Assembly (NCBI GenBank): GCA_965222415.1
Contig: CBDCTU010000004.1
Location: 128,850 to 192,849 of the forward strand
Source of the DNA: Dehalococcoidia bacterium
GTDB taxonomy: Bacteria; Chloroflexota; Dehalococcoidia; Lucifugimonadales; UBA2985
Length of the DNA stretch: 64,000 nucleotides
Direction of reading: 5' to 3'
This document shows, piece after piece, positions 17,563 to 27,365 of this stretch. The stretch's first letter is position 1, and each line of letters begins with the position of its first letter. A program made the position numbers and the translations under genes. Below the pieces are notes generated by a model. It did not search any database, was not told the DNA's origin, and saw only the letters and a list, made by a program, of their open reading frames with translations.

Positions 17563-19824
17563 CTAGCTGGGGCCCGTGACTTTGATTATCACTCCCTTGT
17601 GAGGCTCCTCTGCGAACTGGTTTCCGGCGAACTTGGGAATGTCTATCTGCTCCCCCGTCTTGCTCACCCTTACCTTCGTAGCGGCCCACGCGAGGGCTTG
17701 CGTGTCCTTGTCGGTTACCGGCTCTATCAGGGACAGCGTGTTCGCCCCTACTTCCTCCGCATACTGTCCCAGGGCCGTGTGACCCTGCCCTATCGGCATA
17801 GAGACCGTCTTGGGCGGCACGCCCGGGTGCGGGAAGGCGGGAGCTTCCACCCTTCCGCTACCGGACTCGACCGCCAGGATATCGCCTTCAATGATGCCCA
17901 TTTCCTCTGCGACCTTGGAGTTGATCTCCACCCATGTGTGCCAGACCACCGTCGTGATGGGGTCCGGTGTTGCCTGTAGCCACGGCAGATTGGCTAACTG
18001 CCCGTCCCCAAGTGAATGGGAGAGGAACGGGACAAGGCTGAACGAGCCTGACCCGGGATCGCCGAGACCTGAGCCGTCCCACGCGGTGTCAAGTGGCTTG
18101 ATCTCTGCAACGCCGGAGTCGTTTCTGGACTGGGTATCCCACCAACCGCCCCGCTGTAACACGCCATTCCAGAATCCCTCAAAGCTGTTCGCCGTAACGG
18201 AGCCACTTTGCTTCGACCAGAGCTTTTCGACCCCGGCTTTGATCACGTCCTGCATTGTGGCGTCGGGCGTCAAGCTGAGCTTGCCCTCCAGTCCAAGGTC
18301 AAGCTCCCTGCCCAGGACGAGCAACTCGTCTCCGAAGCCGCTTGTGCCCTCGAGGAACGGCCTGACCACCGGCTGTTGTATTCCAAGGGTCTGGTACTGC
18401 GGGCCCGGATCCGGATCGTTGTCGCCCCAGTCCTCCAGGTAGACGTACTCCGGCAGGACCAGGTTGGCCATGCTCGCGGTCTCGTCCATAAAGCTGGAGA
18501 AGGCGATTACAAAGCCTGCTCCGTTAACTACATTGGAGAAATTGGCGCCCGTAGGCAGCCCGTATACGGGATTTGCTCCACGCACCATGAGCACATCCAC
18601 GGAACCGGAACCGGCCAAGTCGCTCCACTGCTGGAAGGAGGCCGGCATACCCATACTGGCCACATCGTTGCTGGACAACTCCGGCAGCGGCGGAGGCGGG
18701 TTGAAAACCACGCCGCCCTTCTTACCAACGTTGTCCACCAGAATGTTAAGGGCGTAGATGGCCTTGAGGTTGAACAGACCGCTTCTGTGAGCGCCTGCAG
18801 AGCCTCCTCCGATTGCCAGGCTGGGCTGGTGACCCTCATCTGCGAAAGAGTGGGCCAAGTCCTCAATGGCTGCGCTCTCCATACCGGTGGCGTCCCTCAC
18901 CATTGCGCTGTCCGGCGCGAAGGCGTTGAGGGCCTCGTGTCCCTGCCCGTCGGTCAGAGCGGCAGCGGCGTCGCCGTTGCCCATGCCGTCCCTGATAATG
19001 ACGTAGGCCATGCTCATCGCCAGGACGCCTTCACCTCCCGGCTTTACCGGGACCCACTTGTCGGCGTTGGCTGCTGTCATGGAGAAGCGGGAGTCTATCT
19101 GGTAGTGTACGCCCCTCTTCCTGTCGCCCTGGCGGAACTCGCCGTAGCCCCTGGCGTACCTCACGGGTGACAACCAGGTGGAGAGGAAGTCCGCTCCGAA
19201 GGAAAAGAGGTAATTCGAGTTCTCTATGTCGAAGTCCGGCAGCCTGTCCTGGTCGAACACGTCCTTGACTGCCCTGTGGAGGTTGACTTGCTCCAGCGAC
19301 TGGAAGGCCATGTGCCTGCCGCCGTACGCCTTTACGAACTCACTGGCGAGCAGGGCAAGGTGACCTCGCAGCGGCTCCGTCACCAACAGAAACCTGCTCT
19401 TGTCCGAGAGGCTGTTCATCCCTGCGTTCAGTATCTCACGGGCGCGATCCCAGGAGATGGGCAGGAAACCGTCGCTGCGGTTGGCCCTGAACATAGGGGT
19501 CTCCAGGCGGTCCGGGTGATAGAGAGCCTGCAGGCCGGCTTCGCTACGGGCGCTGTGTTTGCCCCGGTTGATGGGGAAGTCGGGGTTGCCCTCGACCTTC
19601 TTAGCTCTACCCTCCACTACCCTGATGATGACGCCGCATCCACCGGGGTCCTGCCGGCAGGCAGTGGCGTACCAGTTGTCTATGCCCGTGACCAAGTCTT
19701 CCGGGAGATTGACGGGACTCTCCACCTGAAGCTCTTCCTCAGGTATGCGGCAGCCGTTGAATACCACGGCTCCCAGAGCCGATACCCCCGTCCATCTCAA
19801 GAACTGTCTTCTGGTTATTCCCAT
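17563..19824 (-). CDS. actB1: molybdopterin-oxidoreductase-like subunit with Tat signal (ActB1-like)
   Basis: MGITRRQFLRWTGVSALGAVVF twin-arginine signal on a 753-aa molybdopterin-family fold. Confidence 0.85.
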   Translation of the reverse strand: MGITRRQFLRWTGVSALGAVVFNGCRIPEEELQVESPVNLPEDLVTGIDNWYATACRQDPGGCGVIIRVVEGRAKKVEGNPDFPINRGKHSARSEAGLQALYHPDRLETPMFRANRSDGFLPISWDRAREILNAGMNSLSDKSRFLLVTEPLRGHLALLASEFVKAYGGRHMAFQSLEQVNLHRAVKDVFDQDRLPDFDIENSNYLFSFGADFLSTWLSPVRYARGYGEFRQGDRKRGVHYQIDSRFSMTAANADKWVPVKPGGEGVLAMSMAYVIIRDGMGNGDAAAALTDGQGHEALNAFAPDSAMVRDATGMESAAIEDLAHSFADEGHQPSLAIGGGSAGAHRSGLFNLKAIYALNILVDNVGKKGGVVFNPPPPLPELSSNDVASMGMPASFQQWSDLAGSGSVDVLMVRGANPVYGLPTGANFSNVVNGAGFVIAFSSFMDETASMANLVLPEYVYLEDWGDNDPDPGPQYQTLGIQQPVVRPFLEGTSGFGDELLVLGRELDLGLEGKLSLTPDATMQDVIKAGVEKLWSKQSGSVTANSFEGFWNGVLQRGGWWDTQSRNDSGVAEIKPLDTAWDGSGLGDPGSGSFSLVPFLSHSLGDGQLANLPWLQATPDPITTVVWHTWVEINSKVAEEMGIIEGDILAVESGSGRVEAPAFPHPGVPPKTVSMPIGQGHTALGQYAEEVGANTLSLIEPVTDKDTQALAWAATKVRVSKTGEQIDIPKFAGNQFAEEPHKGVIIKVTGPS

Positions 19825-19839
19825 AACTTAAAGCTCATC

Positions 19840-20505
19840 CTAATAGTGACAGGTTGTGCAGTCCGTAGGCGCATTGTTGTCCCGGTGACAGTCGACGCAG
19901 TCTCCCATCTTCAGGCTGCGCTCCTGCTTGACCTCGGCCATAGCGGCCACGTCTCCGTGGCAGGTGGAGCAGACGTCCGCGGCCACAGGAGCAGGCTCGC
20001 CCGCCGGGGTTTCTCCCCGCTCCAGGAAGTAGCGTATATGGGCCTCATGCACAAAGCGCACGTGGTCGGGCACCCTGTGCACCCTCTCCCATGCGACGGG
20101 TTCCTTGTTCTCCCAGGCGTCCACCAGTTTGGCCACCTCAGTCAACTCCTCGCCCTGTACGGACGCGTGGCAGAAGAGGCACTGCTCCACCGGCGGGATG
20201 CTGGCGGTTGCGCCCTTGTCCACGTTCCTGTGGCAGAAGGTGCAGTCGAGGCCGAGGCCGTACATCTCGTTGCCGTCTGCGTCCAGCTTGGGATTGCCCT
20301 CGGAGTCCGTCCAGACATCTATGCCGGCGTGTACCGTGTGGGGGAAGGCGATTGGCTGCTCAGGGGCTGCTCCGAAACCCAGCACTTCAAATGGCGTTGT
20401 CCACCACGCTCGGGCCACGAAGGCTGTTGCCAGCAAAAGGACAATGCCGGTAGCGCTTGCACCTACCGACACCACCAGTAGCAACGCTATTCGCCTTATA
20501 AGCAC
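19840..20505 (-). CDS. actA: pentaheme cytochrome c (ActA-like)
   Basis: Five CxxCH motifs (CTFCH, CLFCH, CSTCH, CVDCH, CTTCH) and an N-terminal TM anchor. GTG start preceded by GGAGA. Confidence 0.85.
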   Translation of the reverse strand: MLIRRIALLLVVSVGASATGIVLLLATAFVARAWWTTPFEVLGFGAAPEQPIAFPHTVHAGIDVWTDSEGNPKLDADGNEMYGLGLDCTFCHRNVDKGATASIPPVEQCLFCHASVQGEELTEVAKLVDAWENKEPVAWERVHRVPDHVRFVHEAHIRYFLERGETPAGEPAPVAADVCSTCHGDVAAMAEVKQERSLKMGDCVDCHRDNNAPTDCTTCHY

Positions 20506-20581
20506 TTGGTCTCCATTCTCCTATCCAGTGTCAATTTACCTTACTGAAAATGGGTCCCTAAAGATCCGCTTGACCGCCTTT

Positions 20582-20872
20582 TTATATCCACCACCGGGGC
20601 CAGAATCCCTCTATGAACCCGGCTTTATCAGCGGCCCTGTTCAGGGCGAACACCACTACCGCCAACGCCAGCGCCGCGCCTCCGTAGAATACCGGGCGCG
20701 CCTTCTCCAGCCTTGCCGGTAGGTGTCCTGAGCCTACGAGGGAGGGAATGATGGCATGAGCCATCAGGAAGTTGAAACCGAATCCTACTGCCGCAAAGAA
20801 AAGAAGCCAAATGAAGGTGAGAATGTCGCCGATAGCGCGCCAGTCGCTGCTGTTTATAAATTCTGGATCCAT
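20582..20872 (-). CDS. small two-TM membrane protein at the head of the ACIII operon
   Basis: 96-aa ORF with two hydrophobic helices, same strand and 76 nt upstream of actA. I recognise no family. Confidence 0.5.
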   Translation of the reverse strand: MDPEFINSSDWRAIGDILTFIWLLFFAAVGFGFNFLMAHAIIPSLVGSGHLPARLEKARPVFYGGAALALAVVVFALNRAADKAGFIEGFWPRWWI

Positions 20873-20963
20873 TGTTATTCTCTACTCAATTACACCCACC
20901 TCGACCAGCCGATTCATCCCCTTCTTTATCATCGAAGTTTCCAAGCTAGTCCCGCAAAGGACT

Positions 20964-20991
20964 TTGAAATAAACTTCACGTAGTGTACAAT
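20964..20991 (+). promoter_or_regulatory. candidate sigma70 promoter (TTGAAA-16-TACAAT)
   Basis: ttgaaa at 20964-20969 and tacaat at 20986-20991, about 75 nt upstream of the small Tat-signal ORF. Confidence 0.4.
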
Positions 20992-21065
20992 TAGCCTTGA
21001 GGTTAGTCAATAGCAATATCGAGAGTTTCGGACAATAAATCACATTCAATTTTCAGGAGGCAACC

Positions 21066-21296
21066 ATGGCCGACAGGGCGGAGAAGGCGTCAACACTGCT
21101 GAATCGAAGGGATTTCTTGACCAAGGCGTCGGTTGCAATGGCGGCCGCGGCTACGCTGACGGTTATGTCCAGGAATTTCTCTCCCTTCCGGAAGGCCCAA
21201 GGGGACGCATCCTCGGCAGGCTCCATGTTTACGCCGCGACCTGGATCACGGCTGAAATACTGGGGCAACAGGCTGAGCCGCTTCCGGCTGCGATAA
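21066..21296 (+). CDS. small (76 aa) twin-arginine-signal protein
   Basis: Strong RBS (caggaggcaaccATG). NRRDFLTKASVAMAAAATL is a Tat-type signal. The predicted mature part is only about 40 aa. Confidence 0.55.
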   Translation: MADRAEKASTLLNRRDFLTKASVAMAAAATLTVMSRNFSPFRKAQGDASSAGSMFTPRPGSRLKYWGNRLSRFRLR

Positions 21297-21473
21297 CCCC
21301 CCGGGCGCTAGTGCCTTGAACGGGTATGGCCGCAATCGTCGCAGGGATTGACGCATCAGTAGATTCGTGTGCTATACTCCTTCTCGATTGCAGGCGGGAA
21401 TCGCTGCTATTTGGTTCTCCTTAATAGGCCACTAGACTGTGAGACGCATAATGCCTAAATCAGAGACAGTCAC

Positions 21474-22175
21474 TTGCTGAACCGATTCTTCCGTCGGTGG
21501 TCGATGGTTGGCCTGCTGGTTATCGCGCTGGCGATGAGCGGGGCTTGCGTTACCGATGCGGTCGCGGAGGAGGCTGACTATATACTGGAAGAGTTCGGCA
21601 AGGACTCCGCTCCCTCCGGCCCCCTGACGTATGAAGGCGAGGTCATTGTATACTCGCCCGATGTGCAAGACCTGCTGGCGGGCGTCCGCTCCGAGACTCT
21701 GGAAGTTGACAAGAGGGATGTCGTAGAAGATTACCTGGTCCAGCAGGATCGCATCGACTGTATCCTGGAGGACATAGCAGAGTCTGCGGAGAGCGATACG
21801 GACCTTGGCTGCAAGGGCACCATCCTGGTGAAGAAAGAGGGCAAGAACGGCCTCCCTGGCATAACCGAAGTCCTGGAGAGCATCAACACTAGAGAAGACG
21901 AGCCGACAAAGAGGGGCTACTTGTCGGATTACATAAACACCTGGAGCGAGTACCAGCGCATAGAACGTGTGGGAGAGGGACTGGAGCAGATGAAGAGGAC
22001 CAGTGAAATACCGGTATTTGGGTCCTTGGTGTCCGCTATATACAACTTCCCCATAATGTATGAAGGGGATATCTTGGTCCCACAGGAAGACACCTCAGCC
22101 CTGATAGACGAGTACCACTCCTACGACACGGAAGAGGCCAGAAGGCGAACTGTATCCGACTACCTGAACAGGTAG
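21474..22175 (+). CDS. secreted or lipoprotein-like acidic hypothetical protein
   Basis: TTG start. The RFFRRWSMVGLLVIALAMSGAC signal has a lipobox-like Cys, and the rest is Asp/Glu-rich. An alternative ATG start lies at 21504. Confidence 0.6.
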   Translation: MLNRFFRRWSMVGLLVIALAMSGACVTDAVAEEADYILEEFGKDSAPSGPLTYEGEVIVYSPDVQDLLAGVRSETLEVDKRDVVEDYLVQQDRIDCILEDIAESAESDTDLGCKGTILVKKEGKNGLPGITEVLESINTREDEPTKRGYLSDYINTWSEYQRIERVGEGLEQMKRTSEIPVFGSLVSAIYNFPIMYEGDILVPQEDTSALIDEYHSYDTEEARRRTVSDYLNR

Positions 22176-22423
22176 ACGCGCCTTCACTTGCTTAAGCCCC
22201 CGTCCAGTCGGCTCTGAGTCGGTTTCCCCGCAGGCAGTAATCTCTGCAAACTCTCCCCCACTTCCCTTATCCCCCCTGTTCCTGCCTTCCCCCGCACATC
22301 TGGAAAGGTATATCATTCGCTCGGAACAGGTTTGCCCAGGGCTCTCCGGCAGAGGAAGGCGGAGCATCGGTGGGCTGTGGATACAGGAACTCCGTGCCCA
22401 TGAAGAAATAGGAAAAGGACGCA

Positions 22424-23677
22424 GTGCAGGAAGGCGGTTCTACCCTCTCGGAGCAAAACCCCAAGCGCGTTGGGGTCTCTCGCCTGCTGCTCTCCTTCGA
22501 AGTCATCCAGTTCCGGTGGCTCTGGGCCAGCATATTCTTCTCCTCCATGTCCATGGGAGTTCGTTGGCTCGGCCAGGGTTGGCTCGTGCTGGAGCTCACG
22601 GACTCCCCCTTCTGGGTCGGCCTGGTGGCAGGCCTGCAGGGTATTGGCCTGGTGGGGTTCGGAGCCTTCGGCGGAACAATCGTAGACCGGTTCGACAAGC
22701 GCAAAGTTCTGGCCGTGGTGCACTTCGGCAGCGGCGCGGCGGCCATCGCCGTGGGAGTGTTATTCGTCACCGGCAACATAGCCCTCTGGCATCTGATAGT
22801 GGCAGCCCTTGCGCAGGGCCTGCTCATGGCGACCCAGCTCCCCGCCTCCAACTCCCTGGCGTACCAGCTAGTGGGGCCCGACCGTCTTCTGAACGCGATG
22901 GCAACCCAGCTCGCGGGGATGAACATAACTCGCGTAATCGGCTCGTTGATTGCAGGCGCTCTCATCTCCCGGTACGACGTCGGCAGCAGCTACCTATTCG
23001 CCGGGTGCTGCTCCGTGGTCGGCTTGGGGCTGTTGTGGTTCGTCAAGGGCAGTTTTCAAACGTCCATAGAACGGGAGCCCTTCTGGCGTTCCGTCAAACA
23101 GGGGATCAGGTACGCGTGGCGGGCCGGGGATATACGCAGGCTGCTGCTGCTCAGCCTCATTATCGAGGCATTCGGGTTCTCTCACTTCGTGATGATGCCT
23201 GTGATAGCCCGGGACGTGCTCCACGTGGGCGCCGTTGGGCTGGGGTATCTCTCCGCCGCCAGCGGAGTCGGTTCTACCCTGAGCACGGTAACGGTGTCGA
23301 GCCTGGGAGATTACAGGAACAAGGGGAAGCTGCTCGTGGTCACTGCCCTGGGAGCGGGAGCGACTCTGGTGCTGTTCGCCTTCTCCACCTCGTTCACGGC
23401 CTCACTGGTGCTTGTGGCGATGGTTGGGGGCTTCCTGATGGCCTACGACGTGACTATGGGCACGATGCTGCAGCTCCTGTCTCGCGACGAGATGAGAGGG
23501 CGCGTGCTGGGCATCTACGGCCTTACCTTCGGTTTCACGCCCGTCGGCGGGTTCTTCGTCGGGGCCGTCGCCACGGCGCTGACGACCTCCATCGCCGTGG
23601 CGACCGGTGGGATCTTCATAATAGTCTACGTCGCAGCCATAGCCCGGTCCGCCCTCCGCATCACCAACAAGAACTAG
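22424..23677 (+). CDS. MFS transporter (paralog of 11315..12571)
   Basis: 417 aa with about 12 TM segments and FRWLWASIFFSSMSMG near the N-terminus. GTG start. Confidence 0.85.
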   Translation: MQEGGSTLSEQNPKRVGVSRLLLSFEVIQFRWLWASIFFSSMSMGVRWLGQGWLVLELTDSPFWVGLVAGLQGIGLVGFGAFGGTIVDRFDKRKVLAVVHFGSGAAAIAVGVLFVTGNIALWHLIVAALAQGLLMATQLPASNSLAYQLVGPDRLLNAMATQLAGMNITRVIGSLIAGALISRYDVGSSYLFAGCCSVVGLGLLWFVKGSFQTSIEREPFWRSVKQGIRYAWRAGDIRRLLLLSLIIEAFGFSHFVMMPVIARDVLHVGAVGLGYLSAASGVGSTLSTVTVSSLGDYRNKGKLLVVTALGAGATLVLFAFSTSFTASLVLVAMVGGFLMAYDVTMGTMLQLLSRDEMRGRVLGIYGLTFGFTPVGGFFVGAVATALTTSIAVATGGIFIIVYVAAIARSALRITNKN

Positions 23678-23731
23678 GCGCGCGCTAGCTTCGTGAGGAA
23701 CTGCTGAAGGCGTTTGCGCAAGAGCCGGCTG

Positions 23732-24514
23732 TCAGGTGCGGTATTCCTGGATGGCCTGAAAGAGCACCAGAACTGAGACCAGCGCCAGCACCGCGCCAAT
23801 GAGCGTTCTCAAAGAGGCCTGGCTTATTCTTCCGGTTGTCCTGGCTCCGAAGTAGGCCCCCACGCCGGCTGCAAGTCCCATAACCCCAAGCGCTGTGTAG
23901 TCCACCTGTCCGAAAGAGAGCCGTCCGACTATTGCGAACAGGGCGGAAACGAAGTTGATGGCCAGGTTGGTCCCTACGGCTATGGGTGGGTACACCCTCA
24001 GAAGCTGCACCATGGCGGGAAGCCGTATGACTCCCAGGGCGAGACCCACCAGGGATCCCAGGAACCCGATCCCCATGCCGAGAGCAATCTCGAGTGGCAA
24101 GCTCCTCCGAGGGGTAGGGATTTGGGAGTCACCACCGTCGCCCTCCCTTGACTCACGCCGGCCCTGAATGAGAAACACCGCTCCCTGCCACAGCAGAGCT
24201 ACCGCAACGGCTGCCAGGATGACCCAAGCGGGGATGGCGCTGCCCAGAAACCCTCCGGCAAAGGACCCGATCACCGACGGTATCCCTATCGTTACCAACA
24301 GGCGGTGGTCCAAGCGGCCTTCTCGGAAGTGCGTCCACCCTCCCACCAATGAGCTGATAGCCGTGACCCCAACGTTGGTCCCCGCGGCTACACCTGGGGA
24401 CAGGCCGATCATATAGATCAGTGGAAGGCGCACCACTCCCAGCACGAGGCCGACCAGAGTTCCCAGGAAGGCAATGGCGAAGCTGGTAACGGCGTAAAGA
24501 ACTAAGTCCGACAT
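23732..24514 (-). CDS. TauE/SafE (DUF81) family anion exporter
   Basis: Polytopic membrane protein with internal duplication. I prefer the ATG at 24514 (MSDLVLYAV...), which avoids overlap with mutL. The track ORF runs to 24619. Confidence 0.8.
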   Translation of the reverse strand: MSDLVLYAVTSFAIAFLGTLVGLVLGVVRLPLIYMIGLSPGVAAGTNVGVTAISSLVGGWTHFREGRLDHRLLVTIGIPSVIGSFAGGFLGSAIPAWVILAAVAVALLWQGAVFLIQGRRESREGDGGDSQIPTPRRSLPLEIALGMGIGFLGSLVGLALGVIRLPAMVQLLRVYPPIAVGTNLAINFVSALFAIVGRLSFGQVDYTALGVMGLAAGVGAYFGARTTGRISQASLRTLIGAVLALVSVLVLFQAIQEYRT

Positions 24515-24546
24515 GATAGGCCGCTGTGGAAAGCCGGCGCTCTCCC

Positions 24547-26262
24547 CTAGCGCCTTCCGAACTCCCGCTCCAGGTGTGCGGCGCTGAGATGCACCATTGT
24601 CGGGCGACCGTGGGGGCATGTGTTGGGCTGGCTGGTGGCCTCAAGCTGCGCCAGCAGGTGCGCCATCTCCTGGTGCGCAAGGCCCTTCCCTGCCCTGACC
24701 GCCGAGTGGCATGCTATGGAACTTGTTATCCTCTCCTCCCAGTCGACGGCCTCCTTTCCCTGCCCCACGTCCTCCAGCACTGACAGGAAAGCCTCTTTGG
24801 GATCGGCGTCCGAAAGGAAGGAGGGAAGGCCGCGCAGCAGGAGAGAGTTCGGCCCAAAGGACTCAAGCTCGAAGCCGTACCTGGTCCACTCCGAGCGATG
24901 TGCTTCAAAGGCCTCCTCCTGTAGGGGCGTAAACTCCACTACCACAGGCTCCAGCAGACCCTGTGCCTCCAGGCCGGTGTCCTCGATCTCGTTTCGCACC
25001 ATCTCGTAGAGCACCCGCTCGTGGGCGGCGTGCTGGTCCACCAGGTACACTCCCCCAGGCCCCTCTGCGACTATGTACAGGTTCTGCACCTGCCCCAGCA
25101 CTCGCAGCGACGGCACTATTTCTCTGGGCGTATGAGCGCCTCCCCTGTTGTCTTCGGGCGCAAACAGGGATAGAGCTTGCTGGGTGGTTCCAGCCTGTGT
25201 AGCGGGTGGGCGCGCCGCCGGGTCTCGGACGCTCAGCGTGTCCGGTCGCACAGTGGGCACCGGGGCGTGTGTCACGAGGGCGCTCCGGACCGCCCTCTGT
25301 AGTGTCGAAAACACCTCGCGCTCCTCCCGGAAACGCACCTCCAGCTTGGCGGGGTGCACGTTCACGTCCAGCTCTTCGGGCGGAACGGTTATGTGCACGA
25401 CGGCAAGGGGATGGCGGCGCTCCATGAGAAAGCCCTGGTAGGCCTCCTCCAGGGCGAAAGTCAGAGTACGACTCTGTATCCAGCGCCGGTTCACGATGAT
25501 GTTGATGCTGCTCCGGCTGGAGCGGTTTATGTTCGGTGGGCTTATGAGACCGCGGACGCCTATTGAGCTATCTCCCGGAGTGTCGGGGTATGTGGCTTCC
25601 AGCAGAGACCTCGCCGTCTTTGGGCCGTACACGGCAGAGCAGGCGTCGCGGAGGTCTCCACTGCCGGCGCACGAGAAGGCTCTGCGGCCGTCGACGTCCA
25701 GATGGAACGCCGCATTCGGGTAGGCCAGTGTCAGCTGGTGCAGGAGGGTGCGCACTCTGGAGGCTTCGACGGAGGGGGATTTCATAAACTTGAGGCGGGC
25801 AGGCACGTTCCGAAACAGGCCGCGCACCGTGACGGATGTTCCGGGCGGGCTTCCCTGGGGGACGGCGCGGGCTATCTCGCCGTTCTCCACGTCCACCAGA
25901 ACGCCGCCGGGTTGCTGGGCCTGCCGGGAGAGCAATGCGACCGTGGAGACGGCGGCGATGCTGCCCAGCGCCTCTCCCCTGAATCCCAGGGTGGTTATGC
26001 GGTCAAGGCTATCCGATGGCGATAGCTTGCTGGTGGCGAAACGCTGGAAGGCTAGCTCCACCTCATCCGGGGGTATGCCTTCCCCGTTGTCCACCACTCG
26101 TATCGTCTCCAGCCCGCCGCCGCTGATCTCGACGAATACCGACGTCGCGCCGGCGTCCAGGGAGTTCTCCACCAGCTCCTTGACCACCGAGGCGGGCCTT
26201 TCCACCACCTCGCCCGCGGCGATCCTTGCGGCCAGCTGGGGAGCGAGAACCCGTATCGGCAT
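24547..26262 (-). CDS. mutL: DNA mismatch repair protein MutL
   Basis: IAAGEVVERPASVVKELVENSLDAGA GHKL ATPase motif. I prefer the ATG at 26262 (MPIRVL...). Confidence 0.9.
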   Translation of the reverse strand: MPIRVLAPQLAARIAAGEVVERPASVVKELVENSLDAGATSVFVEISGGGLETIRVVDNGEGIPPDEVELAFQRFATSKLSPSDSLDRITTLGFRGEALGSIAAVSTVALLSRQAQQPGGVLVDVENGEIARAVPQGSPPGTSVTVRGLFRNVPARLKFMKSPSVEASRVRTLLHQLTLAYPNAAFHLDVDGRRAFSCAGSGDLRDACSAVYGPKTARSLLEATYPDTPGDSSIGVRGLISPPNINRSSRSSINIIVNRRWIQSRTLTFALEEAYQGFLMERRHPLAVVHITVPPEELDVNVHPAKLEVRFREEREVFSTLQRAVRSALVTHAPVPTVRPDTLSVRDPAARPPATQAGTTQQALSLFAPEDNRGGAHTPREIVPSLRVLGQVQNLYIVAEGPGGVYLVDQHAAHERVLYEMVRNEIEDTGLEAQGLLEPVVVEFTPLQEEAFEAHRSEWTRYGFELESFGPNSLLLRGLPSFLSDADPKEAFLSVLEDVGQGKEAVDWEERITSSIACHSAVRAGKGLAHQEMAHLLAQLEATSQPNTCPHGRPTMVHLSAAHLEREFGRR

Positions 26263-26272
26263 GACAGGGCGG

Positions 26273-26704
26273 CTACACGTCGTCTGGAGAGAGAGGGTCT
26301 TCAAACTCGACGGGCCGGCTTCCGTTGGCGCAGAGGGCGGATATTACGTGGTAGACCTTGGACATCTCCGTGTCCGTCCGCCGCTCGTGGACGTAGGGTT
26401 TGACCCTGATACCGCCAAGCGTGCTCACTATCTCCGGGTAGTCGTCAATGATCAGGTCCGGCCAGGGGCTGAGGCCCGCAGCAATCATCCTGCGCTTGAA
26501 ATCAGAGATGGGCTTGTGGAAGCAATCGGTGACGTACTGCTCAAGGCCGTGCTTTCGCACCTCGTACCAGCGAATGCCCACGCCGGACCAGACGTACAGG
26601 GTGTGGCCGTCGTCCTTGAGCGCCTTGAAAAGCTCTCTGACTCCGGGACGGAGACTGCCGTCCCAAGCAATTAAGGTGTAGTCGCAATCGAAGAATATAT
26701 TCAC
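26273..26704 (-). CDS. small HAD-superfamily-like hydrolase
   Basis: N-terminal FFDCDYTL (DxDxT nucleophile motif), 143 aa, GTG start. Confidence 0.6.
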   Translation of the reverse strand: MNIFFDCDYTLIAWDGSLRPGVRELFKALKDDGHTLYVWSGVGIRWYEVRKHGLEQYVTDCFHKPISDFKRRMIAAGLSPWPDLIIDDYPEIVSTLGGIRVKPYVHERRTDTEMSKVYHVISALCANGSRPVEFEDPLSPDDV

Positions 26705-26830
26705 GCAGTTTTACCGAGGCCATTATAGGCGGTGCATTCCATATCAGGCAAGCGCGGGTGCGATGGGTCAGCGCCTAGTGTTACTCTTTTATCTAGGGCA
26801 TCGCCATCTACCATTGTGACAGCCGCCTTC

Positions 26831-27229
26831 TCATTCATCCCTTTCTTGTGTCGAATCCGAAAATTTCATAGCAAAGAAGGGAAAAACAACTAGCACGGCT
26901 AAACCTACTAATGCTGTTGCCCATTGGAGAATAGTAACAGCTATGTGCGCACCAGCGTCGGTCTCACTCTCTATCCAGTTTTGGGCTGATAAGTATGCCG
27001 CTGTGACTGCAACAAGGCGAATCATCAAGTTCAGCAAAGTTCCCACCTGTCCCTGTGTAGGCAAGTTACCAATAAGAAATGTAGTGGCAGCCATTAAGGC
27101 TAGTAGAGCTGCTTGAACTGCATCATTAGCTAGATCGCTAATGAAGATTTCCGCCGCCATAATCAAAGCTGTCATAAAGAAAAGTAATACCGCCTTGACT
27201 ATTACTTCCCATCGCGAGACCATTGTCAA
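26831..27229 (-). CDS. hypothetical four-TM membrane protein in an AT-richer cassette
   Basis: 132-aa hydrophobic ORF, visibly AT-richer than the flanking mutS and mutL. Confidence 0.5.
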   Translation of the reverse strand: MTMVSRWEVIVKAVLLFFMTALIMAAEIFISDLANDAVQAALLALMAATTFLIGNLPTQGQVGTLLNLMIRLVAVTAAYLSAQNWIESETDAGAHIAVTILQWATALVGLAVLVVFPFFAMKFSDSTQERDE

Positions 27230-27365
27230 GCCACCTTTGCTAGATCTCGTGTTTGCCTTTGTTTCTGCGCTATCGCTGCTTTCATATCTGGTGTTTCCTT
27301 AATCTGACATACCCTCGTAATCACCAGGCACATTCTCATGCTCGGCTTACGCACACAAATGGGCC

